64,000 nucleotides of DNA. Source: Iphione sp. A-MEVVRFRX5 (Eukaryota). Position 1 is the stretch's first letter. Each line of letters starts with the position of its first letter. The stretch covers positions 97,092,001-97,156,000 of the forward strand of contig OZ320314.1 in the NCBI GenBank assembly GCA_976226885.1, given 5' to 3'. Shown one piece after another: positions 27,486 through 40,100 of this stretch. Both the position numbers and the translations under genes were made by a program. The notes beneath the pieces were generated by a model, which saw only the letters and a program-made list of their open reading frames with translations, had not been told where the DNA came from and searched no databases.

Positions 27486-30400
27486 CATTGATCACGAAGG
27501 TCGCCCCAAGGTCACGATCATGATCACACTCCGGGTATGCTAAGGTCGCTCCTGGGGCGGCACCCAACAGGCCTGGGTACATCTTAAGGTAGACACCTCC
27601 GCGTAGGCTACTGTAACCCGGAATGTGGCTATCATGCGTGTGCACGTGGTTGACAGGTGGCAAAGAGACGGCGACCACGACAGATCAACAAGAACGCTCT
27701 TCGTAAAATACACACTATTCGGCAGGATGCACACCGCCAGGAATTCTTAAAGTATTTGGATATGGTCTCGGCCATCTGTGGTTATTTTCTCTTCCATTCA
27801 AGGGAGGGGTTTCCCAGGAGCAGTGGATGTGATTTTTATCATTTTCATGATGCAGACACACAAATGCCAGAGAAACAAAATATATCCCCCCCCCAAAAAA
27901 AAAAAAATAAAATAAAAACGAGTAGAATAATGCTGACGCCCACATGATTTTTAAAGAAATGAGTTCAGCCTTGTAGGTGGCAAGAGATACATATATATAT
28001 GATAGATCTGATGGAACCTTCGGGAATCCAGTGCTATTTAACACGGTAGACCACGGCTTGCCACCGACTCTCCTCCCTGCATGCTGTTATAGTGTATGAT
28101 AGCAGGCCATATGTCATAATCACAGCTCGATCAGAGCGGGACGAGCTGGCCTACGCGATAGCCGAGGCTACAGAGGTATCAAAGGCTCCTGGCGAGGCAG
28201 CCGTCAGCCTCGGCCAAACATAGGACATGATTGTCACGACAGAACAAACAGACCCTGGCTTTGGCAGTGCCACTACAAGGCCCGCTGGTGCATTTGGGTA
28301 AACAGCCATCCGCGGAGGGTTGGGAGCGGGAGAGAGCGCTGCTGCTATTTGGAGTGGACACGGCATGCCGGCGCACAGTCACAGGGCAGGATTACTGCAT
28401 GTAATGAGATACGATCTGGTATAATGTCAGCGAGATCGGTGGATCCATATCATGGGTAAAAATCGTACCTGAAAGCATTGCGAGGTTGCCGAAAAGCATA
28501 CAAGGACATGGGACCGCAAACGCAAAGCCATGGACGCACTTGTATTTGTACAAATATATGGTTTTCCATTATAGAAAATTGTGTTTTCTTTTAGCAACAT
28601 GAGTGAAGGGTCTCGTGCTAAACACAATATCCATACATATGTGATGAGGAAATCTCGTGCAAAACAGCTTTACCACAATGCACGGCGGTGTACCCTTTTT
28701 AGGATATATTGTCGAATGGGTGAGGTGCATACTGACGTTACAGTGTATGTAAAACTAAAGTCACGCAATATATGTCACCAGACACCTAAATTATCTATGG
28801 AATTAGCTTAATTATATGTGATTCTTCATATTCACGTACTTATATTCGACATGTCTGGAATGTCGTGCACTTTTTCTCTTCTGTATCATGCTGAGTTTTG
28901 AAAGCATTAATGTTCATAGCGTACAAAGATGGAGTACATATATGTACAGGTACATAGACACATGCGAACTTAAGCATAGTCTACATGGAACTCGGTCTGT
29001 CCTGAGGTTTGGGCCGGATTTCACTTATTATCACCTCTCTCTATGAAGCAAGAAGGATTTTTGATTTGTTGATAATTTGTGCAATTTGACCTACAATATG
29101 GACAAATAAGGTACGTTATCTCCACATGTGTCAACATGTAAACGTTTTATGATGAATCGACCGACCTTCCTCATACGGGGGAGCAGAGTCTACCTGCACT
29201 ACCCTAGCACAGGTGAATTTTTTTTAAGAGGTTGCCTTTTTTACGGCAGAGACCAGCACCTGGCGGCTATTAAGATCGTGTCTGATACTCGATAGTGCAG
29301 TTAGAACGTTCTTTTACTTTCGGCGACTATTTGATAACGTAGTTTAGTACTAAACGTTAGGGCCCTGGGCTATTTTACGCACCGATGTGTTTTTAAAGAT
29401 TCCCATTCCGCGTACATGTATAATATACATACGGCACACAAACGTGTCTTACTAGCTTACGGGGAAAAGGTAGCGTATAAGGTCTTAACGGTATAGCACT
29501 CGCGAACGTTAATACGGGCTGTTGTGATAGAATTTGGACATGAAGCGAAATCGTCATCCGTGAACGTCTCGTGAACGATCAGAACGCCGGACCAGAACGT
29601 CCTGCAGGTTGATGAGTCAGCAGTAATGGGACATGCTAAAGTGCTCTCGTGGAGATTGGTAGCTTTCGGCAAGGGGGCCTGATGGTAAATGTGTAACAAG
29701 CACGCTTTCCCCCTGACACCTACACACAGTCAAGGCTGCCGACATGCTCCCCTCTGTCTGCATACAAACCACCCTACCGACAGTCGGGACAGCTCGTAAC
29801 ACTTTAATTCACGTGTTTATAGCCAGATTTATATACAGGAGGCGCACTTACCGAAGAATTTAATTGAGATCACTGTCTCTTGAAAATATGTCTGAAGCCA
29901 GTTTGTTTGGTTAAAAAAAACCCAATAAATTAGGGTGAATTTTGACTTATGCTTAAGTCATCGCCGATTTAGTTCCGCTTTATTGTAGGTTCCTATATTT
30001 TTCTGGAAAACAATTTTCTGTGTGTCTGGTAATGTTTGTCCGGGTGTTTGAATAATGGTGTCAAAAAAACATCTGTAAGAGCGCGCCACGTATAAAGCGA
30101 ATGGAAGAAGTATTTAGATTGCCTCAAGTGTCTCCTGAGGCGATTCCATTTTGCCTTATAAGGTCTCCTGTTGGGCCTCACCGTGGTTGTCTTTGATAAG
30201 CTGTCTGTAGTGTCAAGCCTCCAACGTCTCTTCCCTACGTTTTTATGCTGTTCAGATGTATAGCCCCGAGTGCGGCGTGAAATGTCAGGCCACGGGTGGT
30301 CAGCTTTCCTGTTTGCCCTAACCCACGAGCACACCCACCTGCTATTCCCCCCTAACTCAGCAATCTCCCAACCCGCCCCTGCATCTCCTTTCTCCCCTAC

Positions 30401-32878
30401 ACTGACTCAGCTTTCCCTCATGGGGCTCAGCGGGCAGCCACTTCCGAAGCCAGGCTGGAAGCCACTCTAGAGACGTCAAGAAGCCATTTGTACCACGTGT
30501 GTCCGTCGGTGGCTGATTGCGTTTGAGGTTAGGAAAACGTATGAATTGCAAAGAGAAAGGAGATAAATAAATCACCTTCACGAACACGACTCACAAACCT
30601 TCGTAATAATCATGAACGGTACGATCTTAAGTCCTTCCTGGCCGGTATACATAATGAGTAACAAATTATACAGCTTTCCCGTGGGTGAGACAACTCCACA
30701 GGTAGAAATGGATTTAATTACCGAGAAATAACTCTGGCCTTTGAAGTAACCAGATGATAAGAAAACAACAATGGCTATCAATACCCCCACCCCTATCACC
30801 AGTCTCTCGTAACAATTCTATTTATCGCTTAAAACAACATGGTCACATTTGCATGTTCGAAATAAAATAATTCCAGTGTAGTATAGGGATTCCGCATCTA
30901 TTTGCAGAGACTGCGGGGGAGAAAAATAATATCCCTTAACACCGCTTCTACAAGTCTCGACGTTATTTTGAACAAGCCCCCGGGAAATGAAACAGTAAAC
31001 AAAATCTATGCCATGAAAAAAGTAGGACGGGGTGTTGCCGACGTTGAACTGTGATGCCTTGCCTCTGATATTTGATAGGACCGTGTCGCGGTATGTGTCT
31101 ATGGTGGCGACGCCTAGACGTATGGAGAGCCCCTAGCGGCAAAGTCTCTCGATGTTAGCTGCAGATGCGTTGGGGGGGGGGGCGGTGGAGGAGGGGTGGG
31201 GGGAAACTTTAGGAATTACGAGGGGCGGCCCGCACCTGCTTCCCTGATAGAGTGAGCTTAGGAGCGGCGGGCGGCGGGACCGTGGCCCGACAACGCCCGG
31301 GCGCCTTACTGTGCCATGGCGCCAACTCAGGCTGCAGCCCATCGCTCAAGTCGATCAAATCACTGCCAGCGCCATCGTTTCACAGGACAAGAAATATAAC
31401 CGGATAAAAGAAACGACTCCTGGCAGACAGACAGGGAAAGGAAGTTATTCCAAGAAGCTCCTCCCATGATGTAATAATAAGTAAGAGTGTAATTTATTCC
31501 CAAGCAGTAAATATGAAGGCAACTCATCCATTGATGTATCAGTACAACATGTAGTATAGTTTGCCATGTAAACGTAAACAGTTATCAGTTCCATGCTTTA
31601 TTGTCAGACATTTAACTTAAGACGTGTAGTCCAACAAAAACACACACGCATGTTGATAAAAACAGGTGTAACCTGCTGGCAATGTGGGTCAGTACTGTCA
31701 GAGACTTGTTTTTTAAACGGCCGTCTCTAAACCAAGTCAGGACATGAATTAATAATTTGTCCCTAATAAATTTTTTTCACACTGAATTTAGTCAATATTA
31801 TATTTCACAAAATGCAAACATACTGCGAGGCATGGTTATTTGAGGACCTAGGTTTCTTTTGACATACATGTACATAGAGCGGATTTTCCATATACACATA
31901 TCCACTGTGTTCAATACGTAGCTGTAACATATATTCAGCTGCTTTCAGATCAGGTTGTGTGATGTTCTTTCCATGTATGCATATCAGAATATTTAGAATG
32001 ACTCCAAGGGGCAAGGCTAAAAATTGCTAATGGTTTAAATAAACTATATCGTGCACCCCAGACCTGCATCTGTATGTGAGAAAATAACCAGGACTCCCAA
32101 GCCCGATGATGAACCATCTCAAGAAGATGACTCAATTTACAATTTCTAAGCATTTAGCCTAGCTAATTAATATTTTAATTTGTGGACAAATATGTAGCTG
32201 CCTATACGCTCACTATTAACTAACACTATTTTTCGAAAATTACATTGAATGGTTTTGGGTGACCTGTGTACAAATATCTGTTTGTGTATGGATATTACTA
32301 GAATAAAGAAAGTTAATCATAAAATCCATCCACAACTGACCAGTTTCATGGTTATACATTCATATATGTTATGTCCGGACACATGAGTTGGGGATAGTAA
32401 ACATTCAGTATTTCGTGTTTCCCGCCATCTATCAGACACTGTGAATATGTATACATGAAAAGCCCACCTAAGCATGTGGCATTTTGCCATGTAAGGAAAG
32501 CTTTGACTATTTTTCTAGAGCTTATATTATCGCCTTTCCTCCGCTCCACACAAGACAAGACATGCATATCAAAACGGGCACCATTTTACATTAATCTCAT
32601 ATCTACTCATTGTATAAACATGTATGACACACATTATGTGCGACACTATGCATAAACTGGATAATCATATAACGGTACTAATGTATACTTCATCATCCAG
32701 TGTAAATAAAGTCTTTAAAAAAGGCTGATCACATACTTAATATGTTTCAATATTAAGTGGTAGAATGTAACAAGCGTTAGGTATAAGCGAAAGTGTTCTC
32801 CTGAGGAAGTGTCGCATAATAGCGACACAGGACGGCTTTGTTGCACACTTTGAACAGCTATATAAGATCCTGTGCCTC

Positions 32879-32891
32879 CCGCTAGGCGGCA
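32879..32891 (+). promoter_or_regulatory. CTCF core motif
   Basis: CCGCTAGGCGGCA. Confidence 0.45.
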
Positions 32892-35800
32892 ACCTGTGAT
32901 GATTCCTCTATAGAGGAAGCGTCCGTCTTTGTCAAGTCTTCATTGCGCATGCGTGTCCTACTGCCATTCCTCAGCCATTGAGCGATCGGTTGATGTGGAC
33001 GATTTTTCTTGTCTACTGACGTTTACCAACCTGCAGACGACATTTAGAGTAAGGCGGTAATGCCCGTCCTGGGACGATGCCACCAGTGGTTTGTTGATGA
33101 TGTACGGAACACAATCTTCATGCTACAGAGGCAATCTGAAACGTGAACGATTGAGATACGCATTCTAGTCGGATACTGATCTCTTGTGCTATGATAATTG
33201 GGGTAGTGCAATGTGCTGCAGCGACTTGCGCGGTAGGACGTCGAATCATTGGTCGTTTCATGGTAAACGTTAATAATAACACAGACAGCTGTCAAGTTAA
33301 GAGCTTCAAGATAAAACCAGTAATGCATGGAAGGCTCATTCCCCCATCAATCATCGGCAAGAGCTAAGCTATGCTTTCTGACTAGGTGTGTTTACGTCCA
33401 CATCGGTTTTATCTGATTAAGACAGACAGTACAAAATAAATTTCTGAACGACTCTAAAAAAGAGATACAGCGAAAGTGAATAAGAGGTACTGGGAGAGAA
33501 AGGGATGGATTTTTCACTCGCATTTCACTCAGTGAGTATTGTGCTGACTGTCACAAAAGTCGGGCGGCTAAGGATTTTTATCGGTCCTCCTACGATAACG
33601 GCCATAAACGAAATTAGAAATGATATATCAAGAGCATCCCTGCCATGGCTCACATAGTGATGTCCACCGAGCGGAATGTGATGAGTTTCACCTTATCGCT
33701 TTGATGTATCCCTGCTGAAGGGCCGGATGAGTGCTACCAGCGCTCCTTTCGTCGGGGGGCCGAACTGGCCCCTGATAAAACCCCGGACGAATTTATCTCA
33801 CATGTGTGTTTTCGCTAGCACTTCAGCGCCGCCAGTCGGCACGATAGATCAGGTGGCGCGACAGGATCAGAACTATTTAATGGATACAACATCTGTACTC
33901 AAATAGAAAAATGTTTTTCCCTTTCACCCCAGCCAGTAACCGGGTCTATCAAATGCAGACCGTAGCGTTCCCTTGATCTCTGATACCAAAAGGGAGCAGA
34001 CCAAGAAACAGCCGCCCCACCTAGCGGGAAGAGTCAGTCACTGTGCTGCCGGGGAAGGGAATATGAGGCTCGAGCTTCCCCCTCCGTAAATCTGTTGCCG
34101 CCGAGCGAAACACATCTATAGCTATTCCATGACGGTCGGAGGCGGTTTAGGCGTAATGGCCGCTGTGCCGATGAGCCAGCATGTTCGCCTGAGAAAACAA
34201 GACAACCTGAAGTGCTGAGAGGAATCCTTCATGTAGTGGGCATAGTGCACAGAGTGGTCTAATAACACGTCAGCCCAGGGGGTTGAAGTCTCACTCTTTA
34301 GCGAATGCTTTTAGGTGCAGCTGTAACATTTAGACCGCCATCCGTCAAGATTCAGAACCACAAACGTTGAAACAATGCGCCAAACAACTGCATGCTGCTT
34401 ATGTCATTTTGAAAAGAGATACCAGAAAGTTCAGCCCTCCTGGAAAACACATTGTTAGGGGGTGTTTGGTGTCTTCACGTACATACATTATGAATAAAAA
34501 TGTAAAATATCTCCACGACTTGAAGGGAGACATTTGTCGTGAGGATAAAATATTGCATAATCTAACCTGCAAGTCAAACAAATACCGACATTAGTGTCTA
34601 TATATCAACCCTCTTAACCCATGTTAACACGTTTAGGGAAAGTTTATGCCCTCCTTCAAAGGGACTCTTACCCAGTAGGTGTGAGCACTTCATTGCCAAT
34701 AGAAGCGGGCGGTGGACTAAGTGGGTGTTTTGACACGCAGTTCGCAGTCCTTTGACCAGCTGTTCGTGTTCGTCCTCATAGCTTAAACTGCATATTTTCC
34801 ATGTTTGTTTTCGAGTTTCAAGTACGAGCAATTCGTCTCTTCCCATCAAGGGCCACGATGTCATATCCACAGCTGCTTACCCAGGCATTCCTATTACGTA
34901 GAGGCTCCTACAATCTTCTTTATCGCCGTTTATAGGAAGACTGGCGGAAGGGTGCTGACAGTTCTAAATTGGAGGAGGGGGTCATTTGAGAAGAGGGGAT
35001 GGGGGTGTAATTAGCTAAAACTACACGCGGTCTTACCATCCTGAATACCTGTCTCCATTGGTGTATATGCACAGGATGCAAACCTGGAACAGCCCTCGGT
35101 GTGTCGGACGTTTGGCTTTGTACGAGCTGGCTACTGTTGATCCTGAGCATAATCCAAGGTGTTAGGCAAGCTGCCAGGCTTGGCTGCCTGGGCTGGACTG
35201 ACCGGACAGACCAGGTGTGATGACCCATCATCATACATCAAGCACCGCCCCACAGACGGTCCCGGTGGAGATACACTTAACGGCTGCAACATTCACCGAT
35301 AAACTTTCCCTACTATGGGATACAACAGTGCCCATCTCATGTAACATAGTAATCATTTACATAGAATTCTGGAACAGCATGGAATCGGTATTGTCATTAA
35401 CACATGCATGTATATCAAACATGTAACGTTTATGGAGATGCTTTTTTCGAACTTGTGAAAGTATCAATTACTTTGTTGTTTGATTTATTTTGTGGTTGAT
35501 TTAGGTTGACAAGGTGCAAGGCCAGTCTATATTCAATGATTTCCTTATGGTGTTCAACATTATTTCAAGTGTTTCTGATTTATTAGTTCAACTGCTGCCC
35601 TTTTAAAGGAAGGGTCGCGGTAGTGCAGGATTTATGAACTCAGTGCCCGAACCTATTGATAAGGATAAGAGAAAAACAGTCTTGAGGTCTGATTGGATGT
35701 GCCTGAAACATCATCATGGGTCACTATAAAGTGAACGTTTGGAAATTCCATGGAAAGCACATTTGCTTGTCCTTTTTAACTGACCATGAAGGGTTTACTT

Positions 35801-36559
35801 ATGTGAGCATCCGTGACTAGTACTGATCCTTAAAATGTTTTAAGTTTAAATCTTATCTAATAATATAGAAAGAAAGGGAGTACACCGTCTGCTTTGACTC
35901 ATTGAATCTATAAAACATACAACTTGGTGTCTAGTCCTCAGTTTGGAAAGTTATTGAAAGAACAGGTAACAGAACACATGTATATAGAAACATGTTCTAA
36001 TTTGCATTTGTCATATTCGTCTGTAGTGTGCTGATGCAGATATGGCTGCCACTACCTGCTGGTGTTTTGTAACACCCTGAGGGAGGGCAATCAGTGGGGA
36101 AATCATTAATATATCTGCTATACTTTTCCTTAAAATAATAACAATACAAGAAAGTAACGTGTACGTGTATTATGATTTTCCTTAAGTTCTTCACTTTCTG
36201 ATGATTTCTGTTTCATGGAAGTCTGACCTGTATTTCTCCATCTACTTAATACAGCGTCTATTATTGGGTTTTTGAAAATGCTGTTATTTGTAACTAATGG
36301 TTGAAATGAAATGGGACAAGAATACCTGAAAGGTGAATGTATCTGTTACAAAATGACACCTCAAATTGATTTTTGTTATCATTACTGAAGAAGTGATAGG
36401 TCGAAGTCATTGATGATGCCTCCTTATTCCGTTCTGAGCATCCCCATTAAAGGAAAAAATCTTATTATTTTGATATAAGTAGAAGTAAAAGTGTAGTACC
36501 ATTGTGTAGGAGAACTTTCCGCCTGACTACTTGATCTCATCCTATTTTAATCTGAACAA

Positions 36560-36930
36560 TAATTTTGAAGTTGAAGTCCAAAACCACACTATGCACTTGA
36601 TCATGTAGAGGAAGAAATATTGATCATTAGGTTTATGAAACATGTACTGTTGGACAGTTAATGGCATAAAAGAGAATTGCCTGAAGGATACCCTGTCTAG
36701 ATATAACACGTAGAACAAGACTCTACTCCGCTCGTTTCGTTGTAATTACCAGGAACAATTGGCATTAAAGATCTCTCTGATACTACACAGGCAAGGCATT
36801 GGATTTGCGTAGACCAAATGTTTTTTTTTCATCTCGTGAAATAGATTCTCTATAGCACCTCTATTATGAACACGAATGGAAGGTTCAATCCATTCATGAA
36901 TCTATCAGCAAAGAATAGGAGAATTATCAA
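36560..36930 (+). mobile_element. Heavily decayed non-LTR retrotransposon (RTE-like) 3' fragment
   Basis: Frameshifted pieces CWTVNGIKENCLKDTLSRY and KDLSDTT..R.GIGFA loosely resemble the RTE C-terminal ETWT...LDG.YTR and ISD.IR.RRLRFAG motifs. Alignment was by eye only. Confidence 0.3.
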
Positions 36931-38492
36931 GGAACTACCTCCTTGAAGAATATTCTACTGACCTTCTACCACTACAGTCAGGTTACCCCATGTCCAAATC
37001 ACTGCCTTTTCACACATTTGTGCTCTGTCCGATATTGAATTCGTTCATATATAGAAATGTGGCCTTTAGGCTACTGTACAGTTTCAGCCATCCGGTGGGC
37101 TCCAGAAGGCCTCCTTCAGAGTGAACTCCTTGGGTGCACGTGAACCCCACCACTCCCATCGAAGAGCCGTCACAGTCTACGTGGCTGATTAAAGTTGTAA
37201 CATTGAGGGAGTGTGTTGGGTATTTGAAAACCCTTGCCATGCCCATCGAGGATCTGTTCTCGTCAATGTGACTGGTCGAAATCATTAGCATTCAGGCAGT
37301 GTTTTGGGTTTGGCCACACGCATTCCGATATTCAATGTGCATAATACAGACATGGATTTAACTCGGACCAATTCATATTCGGAAATCAGATCTTCAGATA
37401 TCTGAATACATTCATAGTGAAATTTAAATGATTAAACGGAACTCCATGGATACATCACATTCACGTGGATATCGAGTGCGCAGATATCTAGTCCCGACGG
37501 TATACATACCGATCATGTTAATCAGACACTATAATTGTTGCGACGTGGGAGTGCTGCTCTTGAATCATGACACAATGCACCCTCATTATTGTTGAGGATA
37601 CAACTCCGAACAATTGGTCCCGGGATGACATAGTGGTACTGAAGGCAGTCACATGTCTTTTTGATTACTGCAAGTCTGACCGACTCTGTGATGTGAACTT
37701 CCGAGCGCTGGTCCCTTTTAGGCAAAGCGGTCTACAAAGGATGACCATGTACGGCGATAAACAAAAACATGCAGCACAAGATACCTCACCTCGCTCGAGG
37801 TCATAGGAAACAGTGAGTGAAGCATGCACACCGTCAAGCTCTATAACCGAGAGAAAAATGGCATCTCAGACGAGTGGCGAGATGGGATTTACACAGGGTA
37901 GACCACTCCGCCCTGGGTTTCCGCCGGGCTATGCTGAGGACCTTGTGAACGGATATTTTTTGATCAAAGGTCATGGTCTCCAGTGCCCAGGAGGATGCCC
38001 GAGTCGATCCGCTAACGCCTTCCCCTCCATCCTACCCTCAACACCCTTTTGCCTTAACTCCTACTCTCCCCACTCTCATCCTCTCACATAAGAGCAGCAT
38101 CTGCCCTTACCGGCTGATGCCTCCACCACCCTCCATCCCACCCACCCGCCGCCGCCCCTGGAGTGTGTTGACACCTCGGATGATCTTCTAAGAGGGTTTC
38201 CACCTCTAGCATCTCCCGGCTTCAAGCAGAAGAAGTCGCAGACTGAAATATCGCCACTGTCGGAGGAAAATCAATAACGCACCGCGCAAGATCAATGTAG
38301 AGATTCCGAAAAGACAGCCTGGACGTTTCTGATTGATTACTTCCAGTAGACCTTTGGGGAGATGTTAGAGGGGGGCTCTTTTCAACAGCAAGGCCGAAAA
38401 AAAGAAGGAAAATGGTGATGAAGATATAAAAAGAAGGCCGACCGTTGGTATATTGGGAGCCGTGGATTTCACCAGTACTTTAGCAGCCCCCA

Positions 38493-38506
38493 CCGCTAGA
38501 TGGCGG
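38493..38506 (+). promoter_or_regulatory. CTCF core motif
   Basis: CCGCTAGATGGCGG. Confidence 0.55.
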
Positions 38507-38612
38507 GTCGGGAAGGTTGGCCGCGAGGGCGCGACCAGCTCGGACGGACGGAAGGACCTCTGGGCCGGTGACGGTGAAAATGAATAGTGTGAAGACACAC
38601 GCAGCACACGAA

Positions 38613-38680
38613 ATGGCACTTTCAGGCAGCGTCAAAACCTTTGACTTTTGGTTTGTTTCTTTGCTTTCTGTGCGGGCTTG
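38613..38680 (+). CDS. Candidate first coding segment (possible signal peptide) of the DDR-like gene
   Basis: ATG at 38613 reads MALSGSVKTFDFWFVSLLSVRA, then a phase-2 donor TTG|gtgcgg. It lies in a CpG-rich stretch just after a CTCF motif. The hydrophobic core (FWFVSLLSV) is short, and I recognise no homology. Confidence 0.3.
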
Positions 38681-39086
38681 GTGCGGGCAGAGGCGGAAAA
38701 AGAGCGTGAGGGATGCCAGTGTGTTTGTCACGTACACACGATCTCTCTCCATTGTCGAGATAATATAGAGACTTAGATGTTGGAGTCAAAAAGGAGAAAC
38801 TAGTAGTTCTATTCAGATAATAATGAAAGGTGCGGTCTAAGATGATTATGAACGAATTGGATGCATCCTTTTCATAGTATTTTTTGTATTTCGTAGAAAA
38901 TAGGTGATTGGCTTTCCTTTATGTTTACAAAAGAAATATTATGAAATTTGCAACTTGTTCATAAAATACTATTTCTGTCTTCACTAAGAGAGTTTTTCTC
39001 TTTATTTTAAGTTAATGACGGAGGATAATTGAAGCGCTGATGAAAACTTGCTTGTATTAAATCATATTTTTTCTCTTTTTCTGCAG

Positions 39087-39129
39087 GTAAGTACCGAGTA
39101 AATATACGCATGCGTCGATTTACTGAAAG
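39087..39129 (+). other. 43-nt exon-like segment starting at a recursive-splice-type AG|GTAAGT junction
   Basis: tttttt-ctc-tttttctgcAG|GTAAGT at 39086/39087, and a second consensus donor AAG|GTAAGT at 39129/39130. Confidence 0.55.
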
Positions 39130-39464
39130 GTAAGTGCAAAGCGAGGATCATATCAGGAACTACCCGTAAGAAACACTAAACATTGGTAAAAACACTAATA
39201 TGGCTTTCTTCATCACAACTCATGATATTGCGGACTCGTGATGATAAATCTGCGCCATCCCTGGGTTGTGCCATTACCAACTCACACCAAAGCTGAAGCA
39301 AAGGTACACCACATCTCTGCTTTACTGAAGGGACTGAGTTGGTATTTTTAAATAACACAAATCTGTGCATCTACTACACCTGTAATAATTCCGAACTGAA
39401 AATCTAGCAGTCATAAGAGTTTGGACTGTTTATACTCAGAAATGGCGGCAGGCCCGTAATCAGA

Positions 39465-39522
39465 TGTGTGTGTGTCTGTGTGTGTGTGTGTGGTTGAGGG
39501 GGAGTGGGTGGGTGGGTGGGTG
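39465..39522. repeat. (TG)n followed by (GGGT)4
   Basis: tgtgtgtgtgtctgtgtgtgtgtgtgtg...gggtgggtgggtggg. Confidence 0.85.
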
Positions 39523-39843
39523 GCTGTTTCTTTATGGTTCAAGTAGACAGGATTTTGTTAATCTAATTTCAGTCCTATATTGCATTTGTATAGGACAGTA
39601 TATGTAATTTAAAGCATGGTCGCCATCTCTACTTCATTTTGATTCTGTGTAGGAGGTGTGGCCAATATATCATATACTGCACAGCTGCACCTAAGAAACT
39701 AAGCCCTCTGTTGATGGCGTAAAAGCCAATGTAGCTCGCTATGGAGTTCGAGAGACTAAATTATAGTAAGATAATACATGTTGCATTTATAGAAATACAG
39801 CCGAAGTATATAAAGGAATTTACCGCAGCTTAGGGTTCTAGTC

Positions 39844-40100
39844 TTTAAACTCACCACAACTCAGCTTTTTCTCCTCAAATTCACTGCAAATCAGGTTTTT
39901 GTTCCTCACATCCATCGCACCTCATGTTTTTCGTCCTCAAATTCCCTGCAACTCAGGATTTCTCCTCAAATTCACGGAAATTGCCTCAAATTCACCATAA
40001 CTCAGGTTTGTACTCCTCAAATTTACTAATATCCCTAATATTAACTCTGGGGATTATTTCCTCGAATTCACAACAAATCAAGTCTTTACTCCTCAAAATC
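39844..40100. repeat. Degenerate minisatellite with a unit of about 31 bp, about 8 copies
   Basis: CCTCAAATTC-like unit starts at 39873, 39904, 39935, 39964, 39984, 40015, 40060 and 40091. Consensus is roughly CCTCAAATTCACNGCAACTCAGGTTTTTNNT. Confidence 0.85.

Noticed and set aside
39844-40100. CRISPR-like repeat-spacer pattern
   Set aside because: The repeats are degenerate, the intervening sequences are homologous to each other, there are no cas genes, and the context is eukaryotic.
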